Assembly: GCA_977017645.1 (NCBI GenBank) | Contig: OZ360229.1 | Span: forward strand, 78,120,001-78,184,000 | Reading direction: 5' to 3' | Source of the DNA: Torpedo marmorata | Taxonomy: Eukaryota | Length of the DNA stretch: 64,000 bases | In this document: positions 23,374 through 37,104 of the stretch, piece by piece | Numbering within the stretch: position 1 is the stretch's first letter | How the letters are laid out: each line of letters opens with the position of its first letter | Made by a program: the position numbers and the translations under genes | Notes under the pieces: model-generated | The model's database searches: none | The model's input: only the letters and a program-made list of their open reading frames with translations | Told to the model about the DNA's origin: nothing

Positions 23374-26300
23374 TTTTAAAAATTATTTTATTTAAATTTT
23401 TAAATCACAAAGTACATAAATCAAAATATATAACTTTCAAAATACATGTGATATATATTTCCTCCCCCCCTACCCACCCTCCCTTCCCAAACCCCCCCAT
23501 CCCCACTATTCTAAAAAATAATAATAAAAAAAAAGTAAGTATAGTAAAAAAAGAAAGAAGAAAAAGATAGATTAATAGTAAGGGGAGAACCATCTACAAA
23601 CTAATTTTATCATGGAGGTTAAACTCGCCAGTAGACCTGATATCTAGAGATTTCAAATCATTAAACCCATAACTCTCATATATGGGCTCCAAATTTTCAA
23701 AAAAGAATGATACTTATTACGTAAATTATAAGTAATTTTTTTCCAGTGGAATACACGAACGGAGTTCTGCATGCCACCTATCTAAACTTAAATCTAAATC
23801 TGATTTCCAAGTAATAGCAATGCATTTTTTGGAAACAGCTAAAGCAATTCGTAAAAATTCTACCTGATACATATTCAATCTATTCCTAATACTAAATTTT
23901 CTAATATTTCCAAATAAAAATAACATAGGATCCATTGGAAACATAACATTAAAAATTCTATCTAAAAAATTCTTAACTTTCAACCAAAAATCTTGAATTT
24001 TTGGACATAACCATGTAGAGTGAACAAAAGAACCTACTTCACTCTTACATCTAAAACACAAATCTGATAATGTCGGATTAAATTTCTTTAATTTTTTTGG
24101 TGTTAAATATAATTGATGGAAAAATTATATTGTACTAATCTATATCTAACATTAATAACTTTAGTCATACTTAATTTACATAAATCTTTCCAATGATTTT
24201 CAGCTATATTAACATTTAAATCTAATTCCCATTTTAATCTTGATTTATGTAATCCTACTTTAGGCATTTTTCTCTGAAATAATTTATACATTTGAGAAAT
24301 AAATTTATTAACATTTGCTTTAGTTATTAATAATTCTAACTCATTTTGTCTTGGTGCAATCAAATCATCCCCTAATTTCTCAATCAAAAAAGCTTTAACT
24401 TGATAATAAGCTAACCATGTATTATCTAATACATTAAATTTTTCCTTCAGTCTTTGAAACGTAACAAATCTTCCAGCCTCAAAAAAATCTTTAAAATTCT
24501 TAATTCCTTTTTGAAACCATAATTTCAATAACTGATTATTAATAGTAAATGGTAAAAGTGGATTTTGATATAATGGCATATTTAAAGAAATTAACCCTTT
24601 TCCACCTATTTCTTTATCTACCTGTGTCCATATTTCCAACAAATGTTTAATAATCGGAGAATTTTTCTTTTTTACTGATAATAATTTAGAGTTCCACTTA
24701 TAAATAATATCCTCTTTATAATTTTCTCCTATATTATTTAATTCTATATTAATCCAAGCAGAAGATTTAGCTAAATCAAAAAATTCATTAACAAATTTTA
24801 ATTGAGCTGCTTTATAATAATATTGAAAATTAGGAAGCTGCAATCCTCCCATCTCATAATTCCATGTTAATTTATCCATACTTACTCTTGCTAACTTCCC
24901 TTTCCATAAAAATTTCCTAATAATAAACTTTAAATCTTTGAAAAAATTTTTTGGAATTCCGAAAGGAATTGATTGAAAAAGATATTGAATTCTTGGAAAA
25001 ATATTCATCTTAATACAATTTACTCTTCCCATTAAAGTTATAGGCAAATCTTTCCAATTTTCCAAATCTTTCTTTATTTTCATAAATAAAGGTACATAAT
25101 TTAATTTATACAAATTTTCTAATTTTGTATCCACTTTAACTCCCAAATATTTGATTCCTTCTTTTGCCCACTTAAATTCCGTGAACTCTCTACATCTAGT
25201 ATAATCACCTTGAGATAAAGCCATTATCTCACTTTTATCTGAATTAATTTTATAACCAGATATTTCACCATATTCTGTTAATATAATAGCTAGTTGTTGA
25301 AGTGATATAATAGATTTCGTCATATATATTAATACATCATCTGCAAACAAACTAATCTTATGTTCTTCCATACCTACTTTAATCCCTACTATATTGGGGT
25401 CTATTCTAATCAATTCAGCCAAGGGTTCTATTGCCAAAACAAATAGGGCTGGTGACAGGGGACATCCCTGCCTCGTAGAACGCGTTAAAGGAAATTTTGG
25501 CGATATTTGTCCATTTGTAATTACTTTAGCTGTAGGTTCTCTATATATAGTTTTAATCCAATTTATAAAAGTATTCCCAAAACCAAATTTCTCTAACACC
25601 TTAAATAAAAAATTCCATTCTAATCTGTCAAAAGCCTTTCTGCATCTAGCGTTACCACCAATGGTAAATCCTGTTTCTTTTTATATAAATTAATTAAACT
25701 TATTAATCTAGCTATATTATCTTTTGAATATCTATTTTTAATAAAGCCAGCTTGATCTGGATGTATCAAATTTGGTAAATATTTAGCTATTCTATTAGCC
25801 AAAATTTTCGCCATTATTTTATAATCTACATTTAACAAAGAAATAGGTCTATATGACTCAGTTTTTAATACATCTCTATCTTTCTTTGGAATAACTGTGA
25901 TAATAGCATTCAAAAATGTTTTCGGTAATAAATGGGTTTCCGTAATTTGATTTAATACTTCCATATATGGAGGTATTAATAAATCTTTAAATTCCTTATA
26001 AAATTCTACTGGAAATCCATCATCACCAGGGGATTTACCACTTTTCAACGTCGAAAGAACCTCACTAACTTCTCTCATCGTAAAAGGTAAATCCAAAGAA
26101 TTTTTATTCTGAATATTCAATTTAGGTAAAGTAATTTTAGATAGAAATCTATTAATCTTCAAATCATCATGATCAACCTGAGATCTGTATAAATTCTGAT
26201 AATAATCTTTAAAAGATTCATTTATTTCTTGGGGTTTATAAGTTATTTCACCAGTATTTTTTTTCTTTATAGCATTTATAGTTTTAGAAATTTGCTCTTT

Positions 26301-27794
26301 TTTTAACTGCCATGCTAAAACCTTATGAGTTTTTTCCCCTAATTCATAATATCTTTGTTTCATTCTTTCAATTAATTTTTCCGTTTTATAAGTTTGTAAT
26401 AAATTATAATGTAATTTCCTCCTTATTAAACGATTTCTCTTACGAATTGATTTATTTCTCTGTAAATCTTTTTCCATAAGCTCAATCTCCTTCTCTAATT
26501 TTTCTGCTTCTTTCAAATAATCTTTCTTAATTTTTACCGAATAGCTTATTATCAAACCTCTTAAATAAGCTTTTAAAGTTTTCCAAATTATAAATTTATC
26601 ATTAATCGATTGACCATTTATCCTCAAAAATTCCTGAATTTCTCTTCTTATATATTCACAAAAATCTTTCCTTTTCAATAAAGAAGGATCAAATCTCCAA
26701 TTAAATATAGTTTTCTCTTTTTCTGGAATTATACAAGTCATTAGCAAAGGCGAATGGTCTGAAATTATTCTCGCTTTATAAGATACTTGTGATATTCTAT
26801 CTTGAATTTGTGAAGATAATAAAAATAAATCTATCCTAGAATATGAATCATGTCTAAAAGAATAAAATGAATAATCTTTCTCTCTAGGATTCAATTTTCT
26901 CCAGATATCTATTAAATTCAAATCTTTCATCAAACTAATAATTCTTTTAACTATTTTGGGTCTAACAGACGATCTAGAGGTCCTATCCATTATTGAATCT
27001 AAACAACAATTGAAATCTCCCCCAATTAAAATATTTTCCTTAGCATCTGATAAATGTAAAAATGCATCTTGAATAAGTTGTTCATCATCTGGATTTGACA
27101 CATATAAATTCATAAGAGTCCAAAATTCGGAATAAATCTGACAATATACCAAAACATATCTTCCTGCCACATCTGTCACTACTGATTGTATCTTAAAAGG
27201 TAGTTTTTTATTAACTAAAATTGCTACCCCTCTAGCTTTAAAATTAAATGTAGAAGCTACCACATGTCCAACCCAATCTCTTTTTAATTTTTGATGTTCA
27301 ACCTCTGTTAAATGGGTTTCTTGTAAAAAAGCTATATCTACTTTCAACTTTTTCATATATGCCAAAGTCCTTTTTCTCTTAATTGGGTTATTAAGCCCAT
27401 TTATATTAATACTTACTAAATTTATACTTCTAGAATCCACCATAATCAAATTGTAACCTTTCTCTGTCCATCAAATCCACTAGCGTTCCCCTCCTAAATT
27501 GCACTCTACATATTCTCCCCTCAAGTAAAGTAAAAGATAGACATAGAAAAAAGAAAAATTCCCTTGAAAAAAACACTGGTATTTCTATCCCAGTGTTACC
27601 CCCCTCCATTGTTCGAGAAGCAGCTCTCGCCGCTAAGGTGGTGATTGGTTCGGAAGAAGTGCCAATGAGTCCACCTCCCCCCAACAGATCAATATAAATT
27701 TATACAGCATAAATTCAATTAACTCCTCCCAAAACCAGTTCTTCTTGTTCTTCTTCAACTTGAACTAAAATATTTCCTTCTCTTGGTGAAGCAA
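23374..27794 (-). mobile_element. L1-clade LINE, 5'-truncated, with nearly complete ORF2 and two frameshifts
   Basis: EN motifs (SININGL, LQETH, GGDFN, SRIDLFL, SDH), RT motifs (RQGCPLSP, FADD) and C-terminal CFRC...H...C. ORF split at ~25620 and ~24110. 15-bp TSD CCACCATGCTTCATT at 23359-23373 and 27795-27809. Confidence 0.95.
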
Positions 27795-27899
27795 CCACCA
27801 TGCTTCATTACACTGATTTCCACTCCCCTCTTACTCTGCATCTTAAAACTAGCTTATGTCCAACTTTCTGCACTTCCAGTTAGCTGCATTTTTCTCTGA

Positions 27900-28175
27900 T
27901 ACTACATTGAAACAGGCCCTTCTGCCCAACTTGTCTGTGCTGACCAGATATCTCACTAAGTTAGTCCCATTTGCCTGCATTTGGCCCATATCCCTCTGAA
28001 CCTTTCCTATCCACGTACCGATGCAAATATATTTTAAATGTTATAATTGCCCTTGCCTCTACCATGTACCACCACCCTCTGTATGAAAATGATGCCCCTC
28101 AGGTCCCTTTTAAATCTTTCCCCTTTCACCTTAAACCTTTTGCCCTCTAGTTTCAGATTCCTCTACCCTGGGAAA
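27900..28175 (-). mobile_element. CR1 3' fragment
   Basis: Reverse complement of a CR1 3' end (GATATGGGCCAAATGCAGGCAAATGGGACTA...GAAGGGCCTGTTTC). A related fragment lies at ~31920-32215. Confidence 0.6.
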
Positions 28176-30037
28176 ATGAACATTGACATATTGCATCCCA
28201 ATATATTTTGGGTCAGCTGTAAAACTTCAGTGATTTTTGCAGCTCATACCATCCCCCAGACCAGTCCAGCTCACAACATTTCCGTTATCATCGTCATCCA
28301 CTGACTGCCACACACGCTTCCTCACCAACGCATCCCGAAATCTGCCCTAACTCAGCCACAAACTACACCATAGTAGCAGCAATTTCTGATGCTGGCAGAG
28401 GGTGCGAATGATGTTTTAAACCTTAACACAGATTCCACAAGCTGAATAAAGGCAAGGTTACTATACTGCAACAATATTATATTTCACTAGGAATTGTTAT
28501 ATCTACTGATTAAATTAGCGGAATAACTACTTCCTGACTTTCAGAATTTTAATTGGTGGGGGTGACTCTACAAACACCAAAACCCAAAGGCCATGTGGGT
28601 GACATATAAATATAGCAGAGTGAGAATGCTAGAGAGACTAACATTAACCAGTCTGACTTAAGACTGTAGCAATACCCACACTGTGCCACAATTCTGGTTG
28701 TGAACTTGTACATTATTGGACAGGAAATGAAATCCACTATTAGCTAAAACAAGAGTTTTATCTCCCCAGAATCTATTTCCATCCCAGGATAGTTAAAACA
28801 TCCTTCAAATGCATCTTCCACTGATTTGAAATGTATTATGATTCAGCATTTGGATTAAAATTAAGCCACCGTTTGATGGAACTGAATCCAAGAATTTAAA
28901 TTTGGAAGGAAGTTGAGAACCACATAAATTTGATTCTCCAATAAATGAAAGTGGTCAGTGGGGAGGCAGCATACGCCAGCCTCAACACGCTCAGGCCCAA
29001 AACGTCAGCAATATATCTTTGCTGTTTTGGATGCTGAAAAGACCGACTGAGTTCCTCCAGCATTTCTGTGTTTTTACTACAATCACAGCGTCTGCAGACT
29101 TTCATGTTTCACTCAACTCCTCTAGAGCCTGGCTGCTCCATTACCTCCTCCAAGTGGATCTTCAAGCAGCACACAGACATAACAATTTAATGTCCCGCAC
29201 CAGTAACTCAAGAAGCCAGGCGACCATACAAAATACAGGACATTTATACCCAAAACCAAATATCCTTGTTTGCTCTAACCCAGTATCTGTCTCTTGGTAG
29301 TTCTTCTTATTAACTCTGAGAGTGACTGTTTCCTTTCTCAGAGATAAAATACCAACGAAGCAGAACTAATTGGTTCAATCTAAAGCCGAGGCTCACTTCA
29401 ACACTGAAAATGTTACTTCCTAAACTGCTTCCAAATGCAATGCAAGTATAACCTGTTTAAATTCGACCAACTACTATTCTGCGACAATAATACGACATTT
29501 CACTAGGCATTGTTATATCTACTGGTTAAATTGCAGAACTGCAAAACTTATGCCCTTCCTCGTTAACTGACTGTCATAGTCTGATACGATCTTTATACTG
29601 AATCGTAATAATCAGGCAGGTGCTAAATTGGGGTTTCCAGGAAACTGCCAGGCCTTCACTGATGGATTTCAATCTTGCTTTGAATTTCAGTCATGCAAGG
29701 AGTTGAAAGCTCACCCAGTCTTAAGCACGGTTTCTCTCTAGCTTGTTACTGCAACATCAACATTTTTCATTTTCTACATAAGTGCAATTTGGCCCGATTT
29801 GCCTCAAAGTCAACCTTAGCAATCCCCGAACAAGACTAACTGCATCATATATTTTGAATGCTGGAGCAAAGATGAAGGGCAGACTTTTCCCCGACCTGTT
29901 CTGTTTACGCTCAGCTCGTTCCATTAACTGATGAACATCAGGGGTTGCAAAATTGTCGTCAACTCTCCTGCAATTGACCCACATCTGCTCGTTTTGATTA
30001 ACAATGTTAAGTATGTGCTTTAAATTTCGATTCAGCA

Positions 30038-30172
30038 ACCTCAGAACACTCTAAAGTACTTTACAGCCTTGGAGTACTTATGGAGTTTAGTCACTGTCCT
30101 ACTGTTGAAAACATGGTTGGCATTCTGCACACAAAAAGCTCCCTAAACAGCAATGGTGGTAATGATCAGATA
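30038..30172 (-). mobile_element. DeuSINE-like 3' fragment
   Basis: Minus strand CATTGCTGTTTAGGGAGCTTTTTGTGTGCAGAATG...ACAGTGACTAAACT...GTAAAGTACTTTAGAG resembles the SacSINE1/AmnSINE1 3' part. Confidence 0.5.
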
Positions 30173-33100
30173 ATAGAGCCCTCTAACACCAGACAAGACC
30201 AATTTAGTCCACTGTTGCTGTGTTGACTCTGAAACATTAATGCCAATAAATTGAATGAGAGAAGATTTATTTGTCCCCATTTTTATGCATTAATGGTGCA
30301 TAGCACGCAATTTGGGTCTTGTTTTACAGTATTTGCACACATGCTATGATGAACTCTCACTCACTGGAAAATTGCACCAGGCACTCAAGCTATTTCGCAG
30401 TCAGATTTTGTTCATCAATGATGCTGTCAACACGCTCAGCTCTTTTGTTTTGCTTCATGGATCAAAAAATCCTGATTTAGGAACAATATTAGTGGTCCAC
30501 AGTTCAACAGGTATAACGTAAAGTAATGAAAGCTAGCTACTTTAAATGGACAATGTCTTGGTGTTTAACAAAGCAGTTCCATTAAGAATATCAGGCACCC
30601 ACAGTGTAACTCATAGTTCCCAGCTCACTCTAGCCCACCTAGATGGACAATGGCACCTTGCCCCCTTTATATTACGGTGATTGAAATGCAGATTTGGTGA
30701 TGCATTTGAACCTTCCCCTCTCTCCATCCAATTTTGTGCTTTGCATGTCCCTCATCTCCATGGTAACCTGAATGACAGATAGAGAGCATCGACAGTGCTG
30801 TACTTCTAACGCCAATGAGCACACAATGCATCAGTTGGGTTTAAAGGATGCCAATCACTCTCACACATTCTCACAGCATTTTCCAGATCCTGCCTTAGTG
30901 TCAACGCATCAACATCTGTGCAATCTAACTCCCAGGCACAACCTCAGCCCAGATGTTGCTTGGGCTGCAGCACATTTCCTGCATTTTCTATTTCTGTTGA
31001 TGTTCCAGAGGTCCAATTCTAATTCCAACAATGAAATTTTGACATTATATTGGCACACAGTGCAAAAGAAATTAGGAAGAGTAAAGCATTCTTTATCTCC
31101 AGTATTCCCATATTCAGATTTGATAGTGGGTCAAAAAATCTCTGGCATCTACTGAAATAAGAGTCACACTTCCAAAAATATGATCACTTCACACTGAGTA
31201 TTCCTACAGAACGCTTCAGACTTGTTTTGTAGAGTCTGGGTGCCTTTTGTAGCACTTCAATGCTTGATATTAAATGGTTAAATTTGATCTATGATCTGAA
31301 TGTGCTCACAATTGAATCTTACACTGGAGCAAAAAACAAACTGCCGGAGAAACTCAGCGGGTCAGGCAGCATCTGTAGAGGTAAAGGGGTGCTCAATACT
31401 TTGGGTCGAGACCTCCATCGGTGCTCCAGATTACAATAACTGCAGTCTCTTCTGTCTGAACCTTGCACTAGTTTTGAGGAGCATTGTGCTAACTTGGAGG
31501 GCAGTTAATTAAAAGACCCCACTGTGGGCTGACACATCTGTTTTTCAGCTTTAATAAAGTATTTAGTTCAATAAAATGCAAGTTCTAACCATGCAACTGT
31601 ATCACAGGACCCTGACTTTGTATTGCTGTCTGCATCAAATCTGCTCCAGATCAGTGGGCCATATGTGAAGTTTTCCCATCCACCTACTGTACAAGTTGTG
31701 TACAGCGAGATGTGTACATAAAAACATTTTCCACGATTCAAACTTTGAAAATCAAATATTAAAATATATTGAACAATAATCACACTTGTGTTTTGATTTG
31801 ACCCTATGTTGCCTTTTCAAATTTGTTCTGCCATTTTTCAAAATGCAATGCCAATCTTGACTTGAAGCCTTTGAAAATGTTTTGCTGATTCACTGGATAC
31901 TTCCAGTGAAGAAACTCTCTGGCATAGAGTACAGAACAGTACAGCACAGAAGGAGGCCTTCCAGCTCACGTGTCTGTGCTGAACACGGTGCCCATATTAA
32001 ACTAGAACTGCTGTTGACACGTGATACATATCCCTCTATTCCCTGCATACCCCCGTGTCTATCAAAAAGCCTCAAACAATACTATCGTATCTGTATATAC
32101 CATTACCCTGGCAGCCTGTTCCAAGCATCTATTTTTGTGTAAAAAAAAACTCACCCTGCACATCTCCTTTAAACTTCCCCTCTCACCTTAAATTCATGCC
32201 CTCTAGTATGTGACTATTCTACTTTTAGTACATACTGGTTTTAAAAATATTTCCTGTAAACCATATTTATAAAGAATGTGCTCAGGATTTTACAACTCTG
32301 ATTTTTCTTCTGTTTGATGAAACAAATGAATTGCAATTTTGTTCTGTCATCGTAATATGGCGTGGTGAGGCTGTTGCCCCACCAGTGTTCGAGACACCAC
32401 AGCACTTTGGACTGAAATTCTTTCTGCACAGCGATGTAGCCTCTTTATAGAGTCACAAATTTACAACACAAATGGAGTCCATTCAGCCCTTAAAGGCTTG
32501 TGTTGGTTGAACAAGGGCTATCCATCTTAACCTCACCTTGCAACAAATGATCCACGGCCCTGAAGCTCACAGCTCTTCTGTTACACATCCAAGTACTAAC
32601 CATGGAGAAGATTTCTGCTCTTCAGGCAACAAGTTTACAACCCCACATCCTCAGGAAAAAAATCCACAGCTTCACCCTCATGATTACCACTTTAGCAACA
32701 ATATTCAATAGCACCACTACAGGAAATGAGCACATTTTCTGGATTACTAATCTAGGTCTCCAGTTTACCAGTACAAGAACCGAATAGCGATCTGACTGAA
32801 ATCCTAAAATAACAGACCAAAAATGTGTCTTATGTTGTATGCACTAAACCTAGCATGTAGAAATCATAATTGAAACGTGTTCCACTGATGTGTTCAGTAC
32901 ATACATCAGACAATAAATTTTCTACCCAGGTGTCTCAGGGGATGTTGAATCAGAGGGTAGAAAAAGCTTCTCTCACATTTCGTTCCTCAGTGTTGATGGG
33001 AGTCGGTGAACATTTCCAATGGAAGGTGAAACAGAACAAATTCGTGAAGCAACAAAAAATGTGGCCCATTTTGATGATCTTTCGATTTCAAATTTCTGAA

Positions 33101-33844
33101 ATCTCAATTTTCTATTTCCATCTTCATCTTCAAATTTTCCACCAAAAAAAACACAAGAAGTATATCCCGCCATGGGTGTGACTGGAGCTATGGTAATTCC
33201 TAATCAGTTTGTTTACTTCTATAATTAAAGTTTTAAAAGGTCGTGGATGGGCACAGACGATTCGTGAGTAATTCATTCGCTTTGTCTGAAGGAATGATAT
33301 CTGGAACAGATTGAAATTGTAATAAAGAATGTACCTTCTTGTTAACTGGACACACATATTAACTTCACAGTTAACAGAAAATGAATCACTTCCATTTTGT
33401 TTATATCAGATTTAAACCGTAAAATCCTGCATCAGAATTAAGGTTGTAGAACAAGAGCTCAATCTCCTCTACAGTCTGAAAGCAGATATGAAGATCAAAG
33501 TCGCAATTATTAATATCCTGTACTCAAACAAGAAAGTCAAATTAGAACTTCTGATAATACCACACATTGATTTATCCCTTTCACTCCTCCCTGAATTCTC
33601 ATTCATCAAGTTTTTTTAATTGGGTTAGCTATGAAAGCAAGTTGACAGAAATGTCAAGTGCTTTCAGGATCAGAGATGCCCAAGATTATGTCTAATGAAG
33701 AAAAATATGAACATGTGTTTACATCAAACATGAATTTAGCATTGTCATTAAACAATTAAGGTTGCAATAACTTAAATAATGCTGAGATACAAAATTATAA
33801 TTGATGAAACTAATATGAGGAATTGCAACATGCATGCTTTAAAC

Positions 33845-34074
33845 CAGCCATTCTCCATACAGCCCCCCCCCCCCCGCCACACTGGAGGCCACAGCACTAA
33901 GGAGGGGGCCACAGACTGAAATCATTAAAATATTTTTTATGCTTTTTATGTAGACAGTAGGAGAGAAGTACGGGAAGAAACCAACTAAACTTGACTGCCT
34001 CACAGGGAAGGGGGCCCATAAACTTTGTGCAGAGTCCTAAGGGGGCTATAGCCAAAAAGGTTTGAGAAAGGCTG
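33845..34074. mobile_element. hAT-type MITE
   Basis: TIR CAGCCATTCTC / GAGAAAGGCTG with a perfect 8-bp TSD CTTTAAAC. Confidence 0.85.
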
Positions 34075-36380
34075 CTTTAAACCATCGTTTCATGAGATAA
34101 TTCTGTGTCGTTGTTGAATGATATTAATGCTAAAATCACTTCAAGTGCATGGCACTGAGTCCAGTTTTGTGGAGAACTGCTTCTACGTTTACATATGACA
34201 CAGCACCAGAAACTCTTCCTGTGTTGTATACAATAAATGATGTTGTAGCCACACTGAACGATGTTTCTAAAATTCATGATGCTTCTAAAATTCACTGGTC
34301 AGTGGATTTAAATTTAGAAGTGAAATATAAGGACTACATATAAAGCTCAAACAGTGGAGGAACAGCTTTGACTCGTGGGATTATGTAACAAGAGGTTATT
34401 TCAATAAAAAACAATGCACAAGCTTAAAAGATGCTACTTTCTTTGTCAGAAGAAAACCTTTATTTTGTAACGTTGCTGGAAAACACTCAATGTCTGCTCT
34501 GTATCGCCACGCCACCCTGCAAATCGAATTTCATTTTGGCATTCCTTCATCTGCTGGATCACAATTTTACTGTTTTTAACCTAAAGCTACATAGGAGCAT
34601 CATCACCAAGGGCACTGCAATGGTCAGACGTGAATGGCCATCACTACCTTCAGGGAAACCACGGATGCCTCACGGTTGGTGCTGATGGACCTGTTTTTGA
34701 GCTCCTTCTCCCCATGACTCTAAGAAATGCTTCAAGTCCAAGTTCCTCGGCCAAGCCTATCTCACTCCAAACTCATCTTCATGGATGCTGCAAATATCAG
34801 TCCTTTGACGCAATTTATGTGGATAACGGCCTTGCCTAGCCTTAACCAAATATAACCTAATTAAATTCTTGTACTCACATCAGCTGAGGCAGTTAGAATT
34901 GGAAGATATTGAAAACACCATATCTTCCAGGACCACCTCAATCCTCTGATGTACTCAGTGATTGACCATTAACACAAGATTCATGATTATGATTTGATTC
35001 TGGATACTTACTCCATACCATCTACTAAAAGGCAACACTGTTACAAACATGACATCTAGCAATTGAATCCTACCATTATATTAAATCATTAAAAATAGTT
35101 CACAGCCTTATTAAATTAGTTTTCACCATTAATTGCTCGATGTTTCCTCCGGGTGCTCTGGTTTCCTCCCACCCTTCAGAACTTGCAGGGCTGGTAGGTT
35201 AATTGGGGTATTTGGGCAGTGCGGGCTCGTGGCTAAATATATATCTAAATTTAATTTTAAAATAAAATGACTGGCAAGTTAAATTATCAGACTTACTGTG
35301 AATGCGAGTCCACGCATTGACCAAATTAGACTTCAACTTGACATAAAACAACCAGTCTCAAAATCTCTTTTTACAAATGATCAGTCATTTGATGAAGCTT
35401 TCATATAACCAGCAGTAGAGGGAAGGACTAACATTCCAAACAATAGTTTTCAGAGGCCTGTTGTCTTGACTACTTTTCAATGAAAGCCCTTTTGAGAAAC
35501 AAGTAGACCCCAATAACTCGGCTCTGGAATTTCACCTGTTCCAACTTGGTTCGATGGTAATGAAAACATCCCCCTCTCGCTGATTACATCAGCACGAGCT
35601 ATTCACTTCGGTAATTCATTTCAATAGGATCTGAATAATGAATTGCGTGTGCCAAAAGCAAGACATTATTGCCATTTTATCTCTTTGTTCAGGCAATTCT
35701 GACCAAAGCATCCAATGAGTGCCCAAAGTGGAAGTAACGCGAAACTCACTCTCTCCTGGTGCCTATCAATGTGGAAGAACCTACTGGCTCCCAAGTCAGA
35801 ATCAAGTTTATTGCCATGAACATGTGTCATGAAATTTGTTGCTTTGTGGCAGCAGTATTGTGCAGAACAAGGTGTAAAAATCACTATTAATTGCAATTCT
35901 GTAAATACAAGATTTAAAAAGTAAATAATTATGCAAAAAGGGAGAAAAAGTGAGGTAGTGTCTATGGGTTCATTTTCCATTCAGAAATTTAATGGCAGAG
36001 GGAAAGAATCTGTGTATGTAACGTTGAGTGTGTGTCTTCAGGCTCCTTCCTGATATTGGCAATGAGAAAAGGGCATGACCTGGGTGGTGAGGGTCCTTGA
36101 TGATAGAAGCTGCTTTCTTGAGGCACTGCCTCTTAAAGATGTGCTTAAAGAAGTGAAGACTAATGCCCATGATGGCACTGGCCTAGTTTACAACCCTTTG
36201 TAGCATGTTCCTGTCCTGTACAGACAGTGATGCAACTAGTCAGAATGCTCTCCACGGTACAGCTGTAGAAATTTGCAAGTCTTTGGAGACATACCAAATC
36301 TCCACAAACTCATAACGAAATATAGCCACTGGTGTGCCTTCTTTACGATTGTATCAACATGAAGGTCCCAGGATAGGTCT

Positions 36381-36955
36381 TTCTCTACATTGGAGAGACC
36401 GGTCGTATAGATTGGGAGATCGCTTTGCTGAACACCTCCTCTCCGTCCGCAACAACAGCGACCTCCCAGTAGCCAACCATTTCAATTCCGAGTCACACAC
36501 CCACACTCACATGTCTGTCCATGGCTTTATGTACTATCCCACCCAGACTACCCGCAAATTGGAGGAACAACATCTCATTTTCCGTCTGGGCACTCTCCAG
36601 CCAGATGGCATTAACATTGACTTTTCTGCTTTCCACTAAACCTGCTTGTCGTTTCCTTCCCCTCCCCCCTCACCTGTCCTTCCTGTTTTTTCCACCCACC
36701 CAGCCATCCCTCCTCCCCCTCTTTTCTCTACCTATCATCTGCTGCCTTTGCCACCCCCCCCTTCCCCCCCTCACTCTTTTGTTCAGACGCCTGCCAGCAT
36801 TTTCTCATACTTTGATGAAGGGCTCAAGCCCGAAACGTCGGTTATGTATTTCTACCTTTGCTACATAAAAGACACTGTTTGACCTGCTGAGTTTCTCCAG
36901 CATTTGTGTGTTTTTTACTTCAACCACGGTGTCTACAGATTTTCGTGTTTTACTT
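36381..36955 (+). mobile_element. Penelope-like element fragment (GIY-YIG endonuclease end plus terminal repeat)
   Basis: LYIGET (frameshift) RLGDRFAEHL...LPVANHFNS...RKLEEQHLIFRLGTLQPDGINIDFS. Confidence 0.85.
36806..36846 (+). ncRNA. Minimal type I hammerhead-ribozyme-like motif in a Penelope repeat
   Basis: catact-TTGATGA-A-GGGC(TCAA)GCCC-GAAA-C-GTC-ggttatg: core, 4-bp stem II, palindromic ACGT in place of stem III, GUC site, and a bulged stem I. Position 3 is U instead of C. Confidence 0.55.
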
Positions 36956-37104
36956 CTCGGTCTTGAGAGATACTGACACCCAGGAATCTGAATTTCCTTA
37001 CCCTCTCAACTGCTGACCCCTCAATGAGGACTGGTTTGCGTCATCTCCTTTATTCCTTAAACTGATAGTTGGCACAAAGGCAGGGCCTTGCCTGGATAAG
37101 TAGG

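Larger units (their letters stand above)
35795..37040 (-). mobile_element. Rex1/Babar-like LINE fragment interrupted by a Penelope insertion
   Basis: KKAASIIKDPHHPGHALFS on the minus strand. The sequence breaks at CAGGATAGGTCT (~36380) and resumes at GGTCTTGAGAGATACTGACACCCAGG (~36959). Confidence 0.7.

Noticed and set aside
32973-33360. Possible cryptic NCAM1 exon or conserved enhancer (ORF MAGYTSC...RNEM with a gtgaga donor-like site)
   Set aside because: No convincing acceptor or homology, and conservation cannot be judged from one sequence.
34258-34296. 18-bp tandem duplication GATG.TTCTAAAATTCA
   Set aside because: Two-copy slippage product with nothing suggesting function.
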